This document shows, piece by piece, positions 17,529 to 26,192 of a stretch of 64,000 nt of DNA. The stretch is from IMG/VR virus record IMGVR_UViG_3300045995_000378. One strand, 5' to 3'. The position numbers were made by a program, and so were the translations under genes. The notes under the pieces were generated by a model, which saw nothing but the letters and a program-made list of their open reading frames with translations, did no database searches and was not told the DNA's origin. The DNA is from a virus. Position 1 is the stretch's first letter, and every line of letters begins with the position of its first letter.

Positions 17529-17637
17529 GTATTAGATAAAACAACCGCAGCCTTCCGCTAAAACAGTCGTGGCACAGGCCCTCAATCAGGTATGCAACTT
17601 CCCGCCCGCATCTGCCGCATCTAAACATTGCCTTCAT
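17446..17637 (-). CDS. zinc-ribbon protein (CGRCGRE...CHDC); 3' part overlaps the previous gene
   Basis: N-terminal Cys4; C-terminal part looks out of frame. Confidence 0.3.
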   Translation of the reverse strand: MKAMFRCGRCGREVAYLIEGLCHDCFSGRLRLFYLIHGGKVGDVHRGRETGSGRDGASLPCKV

Positions 17638-17706
17638 GCCGCCACCTTAAAAAACGGGGTACAGTTTACCCTTAAAAAGCGTGTTACGTATAATAATTGT
17701 TATGTA

Positions 17707-18063
17707 CTAATCATTTCCGCCACAAGATGATGAACCGCTGTCACTACTAAAATCGGAAGAAGGAGATGGATCAAAGTCTCGGATGGCCCCACCGCCACCA
17801 GATTCACCGCCGCTGAAACCGTCAAACTGAGACGGAGAATCGTTAGACTGTACGGGCGAGTCAAAACTTCCCCCCATTGCCCCCATCACGATGAGGGTTG
17901 TCAGTAAATAGTCATCATTCTCATACCGCACATGCCCACGTTCTCCACAGTAATGGTTTCTCAGTTCAGAAACGTTCCCCTTCTTTTTGCAATTCCTACA
18001 TTGATAAATCATACGCTTCTCCTTTCTCTGGTTAAAAAAGTTAATAAAAGCATAACAATTCAC
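17707..18063 (-). CDS. zinc-ribbon protein with Gly/Ser-rich acidic tail
   Basis: CRNC...C..H; low-complexity C-terminus. Confidence 0.45.
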   Translation of the reverse strand: MNCYAFINFFNQRKEKRMIYQCRNCKKKGNVSELRNHYCGERGHVRYENDDYLLTTLIVMGAMGGSFDSPVQSNDSPSQFDGFSGGESGGGGAIRDFDPSPSSDFSSDSGSSSCGGND

Positions 18064-18354
18064 TACAGCGGACGGCTACGCCGCCGCTGACCTTTGCGTT
18101 AGGTGACGGCTTTAGACGGTTTTGTGTATGGTTTTCAGATTGCTCCTGGTGGACGACTGCGCTCCGACATCCCGTGTTAACCCGTACTGCCACCGCCAAC
18201 GCTTTTCGCCCAGCAACCATACTACTCTTTGATAAAGCCATTAAAACACCTAACAATTAATTAGGTGACGGGGATTTACTCCGTCGCAGACTTGGCACAT
18301 TCACGGCCCGCGCCTTATTACTGCGTTATCAAATCATTTCAACTTGACAATACC

Positions 18355-18525
18355 ATCATACCGCCACCTTTTTTCTAGGGTTCAGGTGCACGTGTTTCCC
18401 ATCGCGGTGCAAATATCGTTCGATAACCTGCATATAATCGCCCTCGTAATCCATGATTGTCTCCACGATGTCCCGGCGCGCCGGCCAGGGCAGCCGCTTT
18501 ATTGCCCATATGAGACATGCTTTCA
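18355..18525 (-). CDS. hypothetical protein (56 aa; MKACLIWAIKRLPWP...), not in the ORF track
   Basis: ATGA overlap with the upstream gene stop; GGAGGG SD; more protein-like than the overlapping track ORFs. Confidence 0.4.
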
Positions 18526-18705
18526 TGCCGCCCTCCGTTTCTTCTCCTCAACGAATACCGCTTTGAAGCCCTTGCCTTCGATGCGCCCCTTCCGTTCGAC
18601 AACTCTTGCTACCATATTCTCGTTGCTCAGAGTTCCCGCAAGCAAGGGATGCTCCGGCGGTGGCATTACCTGGCTCAACCTGTACGATGGGATTTCTTGC
18701 GTCAT
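18523..18705 (-). CDS. hypothetical basic protein (60 aa, start trimmed)
   Basis: AGGAGGTTAAA-ATG. Confidence 0.45.
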   Translation of the reverse strand: MTQEIPSYRLSQVMPPPEHPLLAGTLSNENMVARVVERKGRIEGKGFKAVFVEEKKRRAA

Positions 18706-18715
18706 TTTAACCTCC

Positions 18716-18940
18716 TTAATTGTCCAATCCAAGGCTATTTCTAAATTCATCGAAGTGACCCCTTGCGTCTGATTCCCTCATTTCCATATGCCGTGCGTAA
18801 TTGTGCATAACCTCATCCAGTTCTTTTTTCGTTTTGGCTTTCTTGATACGATCCGTTTCAAAAATATCCGCTCCGTAAAAATCCTCCCAGGATAGCATCT
18901 TCTTTTTTATCTCTGAAAGTTTCATTGCACCCCCCTTCAA
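18716..18940 (-). CDS. hypothetical protein (74 aa)
   Basis: ORF. Confidence 0.45.
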   Translation of the reverse strand: MKGGAMKLSEIKKKMLSWEDFYGADIFETDRIKKAKTKKELDEVMHNYARHMEMRESDARGHFDEFRNSLGLDN

Positions 18941-19079
18941 TCCATTAAATGGCGCTCAACTTCTTCCCCATAGTCCTCCGGGAAGTCCAAGTATACGGCG
19001 TAGAAGCAACTATCGGCGTGTTTGCAGTCCTCACAGTGCCCGTCGCATTCTTTGTAGGGGTCGGCGGTCATGGCATCAC

Positions 19080-19268
19080 CTAAAAATAAAGATTCACAAC
19101 CCCGGTCAACAGTAAGGCCAGGATCACCAGTAAGATAATCCCGGCGATGAAATCACCAATACCCCGCTCAAACACCTCTTCCTCGCGCTCCATTTCCTCT
19201 GGAGTGACCTTCGCCTGCAACTTGGCAAGGGAGGCGATTCTCTGGTCTTGTATCTGATTGCCTGTCAT
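19080..19268 (-). CDS. small membrane protein (62 aa)
   Basis: C-terminal transmembrane helix IAGIILLVILALLLTGVV. Confidence 0.45.
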   Translation of the reverse strand: MTGNQIQDQRIASLAKLQAKVTPEEMEREEEVFERGIGDFIAGIILLVILALLLTGVVNLYF

Positions 19269-19299
19269 GTGTTAATCCTCCGTTTTCTTAGATTACCTT

Positions 19300-19632
19300 C
19301 TACCAACTTAAATATAAAGCGTTACCACCATCGAATTCCCGCAGTCCAATATGATTATGACAGAAAATCCACAGCTTTCCCATTGGGGGTGCGGGGCGCG
19401 ATACTTGGTGTTCTTTTCGGCATTTGGGACAGGTTGCCATATAGGGTTTATCCGTTGCGCTTGTCCGGTGCCCGCACACATCCCCATCCCCAACTCTGGG
19501 CTTGGCCCGTTTGTTCTCCTTCCGGTTCCACCACCTGGCCGCACATTGTTTATCATAAAACTTCTGCGCCTTCTGGCCCCGGGGCCTGTCCGGTAATTCC
19601 CTCAAACATCCGCACTGGCATAAGTTTAACAT
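19300..19632 (-). CDS. Cys-rich zinc-binding protein (110 aa)
   Basis: CQCGC, CPKC, CHNH. Confidence 0.5.
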   Translation of the reverse strand: MLNLCQCGCLRELPDRPRGQKAQKFYDKQCAARWWNRKENKRAKPRVGDGDVCGHRTSATDKPYMATCPKCRKEHQVSRPAPPMGKLWIFCHNHIGLREFDGGNALYLSW

Positions 19633-19814
19633 TTCTCCTCCGCTCTCTTGATCCAGTCAAGCAATCTATCGTACAACTCCCCTGATCCCATTGCCGGGCT
19701 GCCGTATATCAATGTTGCGGCTCCCCTGATATGGGGTACGGCCTCGGCAACCAGGGCTTCGAGCCTCCGGTTCTTCTCATCCAGTTTCTGCAATTTTTGT
19801 ATCCAACCGTTCAT
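19626..19814 (-). CDS. hypothetical protein (62 aa)
   Basis: ORF. Confidence 0.45.
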   Translation of the reverse strand: MNGWIQKLQKLDEKNRRLEALVAEAVPHIRGAATLIYGSPAMGSGELYDRLLDWIKRAEEKC

Positions 19815-19977
19815 TTCTCCTCCATCATTGTTTCAAATAATTTCTTGATTATAGTATTTTCCACACTTAGCCTGTCGACATGGATATAATGCCTCCCCCC
19901 ATTAGCTTCTGCTATAGAGGTGGTGACGATAATTAAATACCCATCACCGGACTTTTCAATAGTGGCATGTACCATCA
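19813..19977 (-). CDS. hypothetical protein (~51 aa), not in the ORF track; approximate
   Basis: ACGGAGG SD; ATGA overlap with the next gene. Confidence 0.3.
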
Positions 19978-20258
19978 CTAAGCCTCCGTATCCGTTTACT
20001 TAATTCCCAAGCCAGATAGCACAACTGCGAGCCTTGCAGCCTTCGACGCCGTGGACATCACACTTCATTTTCACCACTTTTATCATCCTCTTGCTCAATT
20101 CCCAATCCAATGCCTGATAATCCTGTCATCCTGCCATGTCGACTCACTATATTCATCAGCCTCGATAGCGGCTATAGCAAACAGTGCGTTGAGGATGGTG
20201 GTATCGTCCATGTTTTGTAGGTTTTGCATGTTAGCTCCTTTATTTATCACTTGTTATT

Positions 20259-20335
20259 TGGCGAAGGGCTAAGGAATCGAACCTTACACAGTCAAATTTG
20301 GAGTCTGACTCGCCAGCCTTGGAACATGGCCCCCC
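20259..20335 (-). tRNA. tRNA-Trp(CCA)-like gene with encoded 3' CCA
   Basis: reverse complement reads GGGGGGC...T-arm TAAGG-TTCGATT-CCTTA...GCCCTTC-G-CCA; anticodon loop CTCCAAA (U33, CCA, A37); G18G19 in D-loop; weak D-stem and two G-U pairs in the acceptor. Confidence 0.5.
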
Positions 20336-20346
20336 TTGATTATTGC

Positions 20347-21759
20347 TTACCAATCCGGTTCGGTTACGATTGACGGTGCGGGTTTACTGGTTGACTTGGT
20401 TGCGGGCTTAGGTGCTGGTTTGATTTCCTTTTCTACTACTACGCCCTCTATCGCCGCGATTTCACCCTCTTCGATATAGAACCCTACGCCCGGCACATTA
20501 CCATCTTTGTCTCGCTCGGCAACACCCTCAAAGAACATTTGGAACTTCTTATCCTTAATCATTTCTTTGATAATCGCACGGTTCTTGGAGTCTATCAAGC
20601 TACCCCTCCGTGTCCAAATAACTCTTAATTCCGGCTTCTGCGCCATTGCAATTCCCAATCCAACCCGCAACCTATCTCCATCGGATACTTGGTCAAGAGG
20701 GATATCATTGTAGAATAATTCCCCTTCAGAATACGAAAACCCAGGGATAGGCCACTCAGCATTTTTGAGGATGGCAGCACGTTCATTGGCTATGGATTCT
20801 ATATTGGCGGTGAATGTATCGTAAGTTGATTTAGCATCATCAAACTCAGCCTGTGCTTTCTTACGACTAACATTGGCGCGAATTTTAGAATTAGTAATTT
20901 CAATAGACTGGATTTCAGCGTTGATAGCAGAAATATCAATAGGCTCAAGTTCAGCGATTGCTTCTCTTTCTGCCACAAACTCTTTCTTTTGGTTGGCAAG
21001 TAGAATCTCAAGATGTCCCATCTCTGTTTGCAGATTAGCTATTTTTTCCTTGATATCTTCAATCTTCCCCCTGGTCGCAACACCTGCATTCTTCAACTTC
21101 TCATTTGCCGATTCGCGGTTTTTGATATCCTGGTTCCAATTCATAGCCTTGGTCAACTTCTGGGATAATTCACTAATTTTGACTTCTTCTGTCCCCTTGA
21201 TGGCAGGATAGTATTCAATAGCCTTGTAAACTGCCTCCGCCTTTTTCATGTCTCGGCCTACCGATTCCCGTTGCTGCCTCAAGTCCTTTTCTTTCTTATC
21301 TAATTCATCAAGATTGATACCGAGCACATTGAATAGGATTTTCTTCAATTCGTTCTTGTCTGTTTTCTCAATCAAGTCAAGCGGGTCAAATGATATACGC
21401 GACCGGATTTTATCAAGAAATGACTGCGGTGATTCGTTAATAGCATTCCCGGAAGCATCTTCGATTTTCAGGATGCCTTTGAGATTCTTCTTGGTAAAGG
21501 TTTTTGATATCCAGTATTCAATCCGGTCATCACCTTCACCAATTGCCATTCGCATCTTTCCTTTTTCTTCTCCAATTCGGATAGGCATTCCGGGGACTTC
21601 AGATGCACCACCAGTTAGAGCAGGGATACAATCAATAAGGCTACTTTTGCCGGCTCCGTTAGGGCCGGTGATTTCATTGAGGTCTTTAGTTGGCGTGATG
21701 TCTATTGCGATTAGTTTCTTGAAGTTCTCGGCTTGTAAAGTTATAATTCTCATGTTCAT
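20347..21759 (-). CDS. SMC/SbcC/RecF-like ABC-type ATPase with central coiled coil
   Basis: Walker A GPNGAGKSS; long coiled-coil middle; C-terminal signature/D-loop region (DGDRLRVGLGIAMAQ). Confidence 0.6.
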   Translation of the reverse strand: MNMRIITLQAENFKKLIAIDITPTKDLNEITGPNGAGKSSLIDCIPALTGGASEVPGMPIRIGEEKGKMRMAIGEGDDRIEYWISKTFTKKNLKGILKIEDASGNAINESPQSFLDKIRSRISFDPLDLIEKTDKNELKKILFNVLGINLDELDKKEKDLRQQRESVGRDMKKAEAVYKAIEYYPAIKGTEEVKISELSQKLTKAMNWNQDIKNRESANEKLKNAGVATRGKIEDIKEKIANLQTEMGHLEILLANQKKEFVAEREAIAELEPIDISAINAEIQSIEITNSKIRANVSRKKAQAEFDDAKSTYDTFTANIESIANERAAILKNAEWPIPGFSYSEGELFYNDIPLDQVSDGDRLRVGLGIAMAQKPELRVIWTRRGSLIDSKNRAIIKEMIKDKKFQMFFEGVAERDKDGNVPGVGFYIEEGEIAAIEGVVVEKEIKPAPKPATKSTSKPAPSIVTEPDW

Positions 21760-21962
21760 TCCCCTTTCATTTCCCCTGGTTCGTGGTCGTTAAATTTCAT
21801 TATTTTTAGATAGCAATCATCACAAACTCGCGCCATTGTTTTGTGATCCATATCACCCCAACCATTTGATTCTTTTTCCTTCAAGGCATCTGATTCACTC
21901 CAATCGGCTATGAATATATTGCCACACCCATCACATTGGTATTCTCTCTCTTTCATTTTCAT
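21756..21962 (-). CDS. zinc-ribbon protein (CDGCG...CDDC)
   Basis: Cys4. Confidence 0.45.
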   Translation of the reverse strand: MKMKEREYQCDGCGNIFIADWSESDALKEKESNGWGDMDHKTMARVCDDCYLKIMKFNDHEPGEMKGE

Positions 21963-21973
21963 TCCCCTTTCTG

Positions 21974-22720
21974 TTATTCTTCAAGTCCTGCGTTGCTTAC
22001 CTTTCCCATTCCTAACAAACCGATTACATTTTCTAATGATAAACAGTCTTTGCATCCGGTTTGACTATCCGGTGGCTTCTCCATCTCGTAAATCTCACGG
22101 GTTGTGGTCAGAGCTTGCCGTACCACCGCCCGATCATTTACCACCGGCACCACAACCGCTGAAAATGCCATCTTGAATCCAGCAACAGTAATGTTATCAC
22201 AGGCCGCAACTTTCTCCGTCCACGGTTCCATGTAGACAAGGCAAAGGTCGGTGTTGACATCGCCGTTCAGAATCGCATAGACGTTCAATTGTACCTGATA
22301 CAATGGCAAAAGTTGATCTTGAGTATCCGTGTGCTTGGCTGTCTTCCAATCCGGGATAACCTTACTACCATCAGTACGAATCAGGATATCATCTGGTGCA
22401 CCTGACAATACAATATTTGATTTGGTATCTTCAAACTTATTCTTACTCCAATGAGGGACAGATTTGTAAGATGTAATATTCCCTATTTCCTTCATCCACA
22501 TAGGAAGTGCGTTCATTACATCTCCGGTCCTGCCTTCCTTACAATCAATTATGTGGTGAATACAATGCTTTGTGTAGGCGTCTATCGAACTGAAAATGCC
22601 GGGGAACGTCTGCCACGGTAACTTGTGCGATGTCTTTAGCTTAATCCAATAACACCGTGGGCAGAAGTCGGCCAAGGCTGTATATCCTAAATTTTTAGCA
22701 CTTATCTTTATCTGATTCAT
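21974..22720 (-). CDS. PD-(D/E)XK nuclease, Cas4/RecB-like with Fe-S cysteines
   Basis: N-terminal CPRC, QLNVYAIL (Q..Y motif), acidic/K core, C-terminal CKDC; adjacent to the SbcC-like ATPase. Confidence 0.5.
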   Translation of the reverse strand: MNQIKISAKNLGYTALADFCPRCYWIKLKTSHKLPWQTFPGIFSSIDAYTKHCIHHIIDCKEGRTGDVMNALPMWMKEIGNITSYKSVPHWSKNKFEDTKSNIVLSGAPDDILIRTDGSKVIPDWKTAKHTDTQDQLLPLYQVQLNVYAILNGDVNTDLCLVYMEPWTEKVAACDNITVAGFKMAFSAVVVPVVNDRAVVRQALTTTREIYEMEKPPDSQTGCKDCLSLENVIGLLGMGKVSNAGLEE

Positions 22721-22726
22721 TGATTG

Positions 22727-22960
22727 TTACCTCGCTTTCAACAAAAAACCATAAGCTGTATCTAATAACTTTCTCATATCGCTGATTATGGAACTTTGCA
22801 AATCAAATTCAAAATCAGGATAATCTTCTTTCATCCAATTAAACAATACAGTTTGCCCTGCTATAGTTGTGAAATCGGGAATATTGGCTTCTTCAAGTCC
22901 TAACTTTTTACCAACAAATAAATGCGTTTCATCTCTTAAATGTATTTCATCTCTTAACAT
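22727..22960 (-). CDS. hypothetical protein (77 aa) with an 18-nt internal tandem duplication
   Basis: LRDEIHL/RDETHL from duplicated ttaagagatgaaa..cattta. Confidence 0.35.
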   Translation of the reverse strand: MLRDEIHLRDETHLFVGKKLGLEEANIPDFTTIAGQTVLFNWMKEDYPDFEFDLQSSIISDMRKLLDTAYGFLLKAR

Positions 22961-22967
22961 GATTTAA

Positions 22968-23042
22968 TCATCCAATTCGTGGGCAGAAATCAGCAAGCGC
23001 AGTGTAGCCAAGGTTTTTTGCTGAAATTCGTAAAGTTTCCAT
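22968..23042 (-). pseudogene. 24-aa ORF duplicating the N-terminus (ISAKNLGYTALADFCPR) of the Cas4-like nuclease
   Basis: 17 identical residues encoded with different synonymous codons. Confidence 0.4.
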
Positions 23043-23044
23043 AA

Positions 23045-23140
23045 TCATCTCCTTGTTCCAATTAAACAAAGACAAATAGAAAGAACTCCAATAGATATTA
23101 TAATCGTAAGAAATCTAATTGCATTTGCTATTTCTTCCAC
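23045..23140 (-). CDS. 31-aa hydrophobic peptide (GTG start), approximate
   Basis: GGAGG SD; single transmembrane-like segment. Confidence 0.25.
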   Translation of the reverse strand: MEEIANAIRFLTIIISIGVLSICLCLIGTRR

Positions 23141-23217
23141 GTTTAATCCTCCATTATCAGTTAATTAAATCTCAATCCGCTTTACCTCTCCCTTGTCGCA
23201 CGCCTGAATGATGTCCC

Positions 23218-24132
23218 CTATTTCTTCTTAATCATGTCGGGACTAAGAATGAAGCTCTGACCGGCGGGAAGTATCATCACCTCGATCTTGTCAGACAGCT
23301 TACTAATCATGGTGTATTGGATCAATTCTGCCGATAGTGATTCAGATAGCTTCTTGTTTGCCGCCGCTTGCCGTTCCGCGTTGATGTAGATTGATTCCGC
23401 ACTTCCCCGTGCCGTCTCTACCGCCTGAGCCGCCAGCGCCTTTTTGACCTTGATATTCTGTTCCTCTTCCAATGCCTTTTGTGTCGCCACCTGCTTGTTC
23501 TCGATTGATTGTTGAAAGGCGGGCTGGAAGGATATGTTATCGAGGAGCAAGTCTTTCACCTCGATGGAATAGGATGCCAGTTCGGTTTCGAGCCGCTTAC
23601 TGACAGTCTTGCGGATTGCTTCTCGATTCGGGGCAATATCAACAGAATTATATTTGACCGTTTCATCCTTGAAGGTCTGGGCAACACGGGGTGCGACAAG
23701 AACATCAAAATAGCCATGCCCGACCCGACGATATAAATCCTGAATTGTTTGCGGCGACACGTTGATGTTTAGTGTGGCATCAACAAAGACATCCTGCGTT
23801 TCCTTGGAGAAAGACGACAAATCCTTGAACTTATAGCTCTGTATTTGGACGCTGGCCACAATCACATTACTCCACGGGGCAATCATAGTGAATCCTTCTG
23901 TTATCTGTCCGGTGATTTTGCCGAATGTATAGACGACGCCAACGCGCCCCGCTTTTATGATGTTGATGGAATATCCGACAGATACCGCCAAGAATGAGAA
24001 AATTAGCACTCCACCAATACCCTGCATGATAGTTCTGAAAAGTTTCATATCGGTATTAATAATTCTCTTAGCGATCAAAAAGCAAATCCCCGCTATGATT
24101 AACAAAAACACAGAAATCACAATGTACGTCAT
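23218..24132 (-). CDS. SPFH/band-7 (stomatin/HflK/C-like) membrane protein
   Basis: N-terminal transmembrane segment then GRVGVVYTFGK..., typical SPFH core, coiled-coil C-terminus. Confidence 0.6.
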   Translation of the reverse strand: MTYIVISVFLLIIAGICFLIAKRIINTDMKLFRTIMQGIGGVLIFSFLAVSVGYSINIIKAGRVGVVYTFGKITGQITEGFTMIAPWSNVIVASVQIQSYKFKDLSSFSKETQDVFVDATLNINVSPQTIQDLYRRVGHGYFDVLVAPRVAQTFKDETVKYNSVDIAPNREAIRKTVSKRLETELASYSIEVKDLLLDNISFQPAFQQSIENKQVATQKALEEEQNIKVKKALAAQAVETARGSAESIYINAERQAAANKKLSESLSAELIQYTMISKLSDKIEVMILPAGQSFILSPDMIKKK

Positions 24133-24165
24133 AATATTCCCCCCTTCCTTCTTGTTTATGGGCTA

Positions 24166-24669
24166 TCAGATTTCAATCCTTTTCACTTCGCCACCATTAA
24201 CCGCTTGGATAATGTCATGCAGCAGGCCACCGCACTTCCTTACACGCTGAACGAATCCACAGTAGGCTTTCTTAGGGAAAACGTCCCCGATACATACGGT
24301 ATCATTGTAACCAAAATGCACTCGAACCACGCCGAATGTATCAAAAACTTTTACCATCTTATCGGGGTACTTTGTGTACGTGTCAGCGATAACCTCACCG
24401 TATTTCTTCTCCAATTCAACTACTGACAGGAAATTCTCGAACCCGGTAATCAGGATCATGTCATCCGGCAACTTCTTGTAGAGGATGGTGGCGGGCTTGC
24501 AATAAGCCACATCTTTGAACGCAAGGACACCCTCTGGTGGTTTGCATCCTGTTCCGCTTATATGTCGTGGATTTACAATTTTCTTGTGGTGACTTCGTTT
24601 TGGAGCTGGGATAATCTTCGCATTCTTACCGCTGAATATGTTCTTTGATTTCGTTACTTTTGCTGTCAT
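24166..24669 (-). CDS. hypothetical protein upstream of the SPFH gene; possible NfeD-like partner
   Basis: beta-rich C-terminus; position mirrors bacterial nfeD-stomatin operons; no clear transmembrane segment. Confidence 0.25.
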   Translation of the reverse strand: MTAKVTKSKNIFSGKNAKIIPAPKRSHHKKIVNPRHISGTGCKPPEGVLAFKDVAYCKPATILYKKLPDDMILITGFENFLSVVELEKKYGEVIADTYTKYPDKMVKVFDTFGVVRVHFGYNDTVCIGDVFPKKAYCGFVQRVRKCGGLLHDIIQAVNGGEVKRIEI

Positions 24670-24926
24670 GTTATGTTCCCCTTTCAGTTAATTATTTTAC
24701 CAATATTTGTTTATGAAATGGAAGGTTACGTAAACCATCCAGCCAAACGCCACGCTAGTGTAGGCATTACTTCCAAGCAATCCCCCAAGATTTCCTGATT
24801 CATTACGATACCTTCCTACAAGTTAATTCCCCACTCGATAGCACAGGTTCGGGTGCGATTATCCCTGCTTTTGAGTTGATTCAGCCACTCCCTCAAGCTG
24901 CGTCGCTGCTACCAAGTGGGAAAGTG

Positions 24927-25118
24927 TTATGTAAAATTATCATTGAGCATATATGTTTCAGTTTCACAATATGATTGGATAACATCCGGGATTGCTCTAC
25001 TAATAAGCATGGATATCTTTGGTGTAATATCATCATCTACCCAATCAATAATCCCATCATGCTGTTTCATAAACTCAATAATTACTGAATGTTTTTGTTT
25101 TAATTCTAATGTTTTCAT
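24927..25118 (-). CDS. hypothetical protein (63 aa)
   Basis: ORF. Confidence 0.4.
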   Translation of the reverse strand: MKTLELKQKHSVIIEFMKQHDGIIDWVDDDITPKISMLISRAIPDVIQSYCETETYMLNDNFT

Positions 25119-25259
25119 AATAAAAACCTAAAAACTGGATAGGGTAGAATTCGATATCTACATGGGCTATATTGCCGTTCGCGCCCTTACGGTATTAGCG
25201 TCTATTGTGTCCAGATGACCTTATCGCCATCATTGCTTCCGCCACCTATCCAATTATTC

Positions 25260-25841
25260 CTACGCGAACGGGTCAGCCTCATCCACTTCCGGCTTATCCG
25301 CTGCCTTGCCTGCCGATTTACCCACTGATTTGCCCTTCTTATCCGGGAACAATGCCGAATCCAAACTCGCTATAGTATCCGACACCTTGCCAAAGCCTAC
25401 AATGTTAATATAAGGCTGATCCGGGTCTTTCTTGTTGGCGACGTGCTTGACCTTGAACCGCCAGAACTGGTTCGGCAACTGAGTCATAATCAACTTGATA
25501 ACTTCCGGGTCGAACACTGATTCATCATTCTTGAACTTCTTGGTGAACTTCTCAAACAGGCCTGTGCACCCCAGGATGTCAGCGACCATCTGTTCACCAC
25601 GCTTGTTTTCGGCAACGATGATGTCATGCTTGATCTCGTTGTTATCATCGTCCTCATCCTCAATCACCATAGGGAATTTCCAGTTTTTGTCACCCTGCTT
25701 GTTAGCCGATACGGTTTCCTCGCCGTCTTTCTTGGTTTTCAGGTAATCAATACCTTCGAGAAATTTCCCAATATGCCATCCCTCATCGGGGCGGCGGAAT
25801 CCTGTTTCCCATGTTCCACGTTCGTTTGCTGTTGCTCTCAT
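25260..25841 (-). CDS. putative ssDNA-binding protein (gp2.5-like?)
   Basis: acidic C-terminal tail ending DEADPFA, reminiscent of SSB/gp2.5 acidic-Phe tails; next to a recombinase-like ATPase. Confidence 0.3.
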   Translation of the reverse strand: MRATANERGTWETGFRRPDEGWHIGKFLEGIDYLKTKKDGEETVSANKQGDKNWKFPMVIEDEDDDNNEIKHDIIVAENKRGEQMVADILGCTGLFEKFTKKFKNDESVFDPEVIKLIMTQLPNQFWRFKVKHVANKKDPDQPYINIVGFGKVSDTIASLDSALFPDKKGKSVGKSAGKAADKPEVDEADPFA

Positions 25842-25847
25842 ACTTTC

Positions 25848-26192
25848 TTAATCCTCCTTGTTAGTTGTTCCCATGTTTCTCATGGTATATAAATCTGTTC
25901 TCATTTCCTTGAGCGATCTGACGAAATCCCGAACACCGATACTAGCATTGCCATAATATTCCCGTCTTGCCTTCTCGACATTCTCGCCTTGGACATCCCA
26001 AACCACTCGTGGTAATTCACCTTCTTTGGATTCTTTCATGTAGGGGATTGCTATAAACCCCCTTGAAACTAGATAGGCTACTAAATTAACATCTTCAACT
26101 CCTTCCAATGTTTGTCCATTTTCTAACTCGTTCTGTGCCACATATTGCCTCCTTTTAGTAGATTTGATGGTGGTATGGTTGGCTGGCATCAC
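25848..26192 (-). CDS. hypothetical protein (114 aa)
   Basis: ORF. Confidence 0.45.
   Translation of the reverse strand: MMPANHTTIKSTKRRQYVAQNELENGQTLEGVEDVNLVAYLVSRGFIAIPYMKESKEGELPRVVWDVQGENVEKARREYYGNASIGVRDFVRSLKEMRTDLYTMRNMGTTNKED

Noticed and set aside
18041-18256. Track ORF (71 aa, minus strand) inside the GC-rich island
   Set aside because: Ala/Arg/Val-rich GC-driven composition, no SD, no protein-like pattern. Treated as non-coding.
18340-18375. Plus-strand TTGACA at 18345
   Set aside because: No -10 match at the right spacing, and no plus-strand gene downstream.
18344-18772. Plus-strand 142-aa ORF, and minus-strand ORF 18375..18602
   Set aside because: Both overlap better-supported minus-strand genes (18523..18705 and 18355..18525) that have SDs and an ATGA coupling. 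Their composition is not protein-like.
20259-20335. tRNA-like sequence as a phage attachment site (attP)
   Set aside because: No integrase or recombination-directionality gene in the window, and the element is full length with its own 5' acceptor strand. Kept as a tRNA gene call only.
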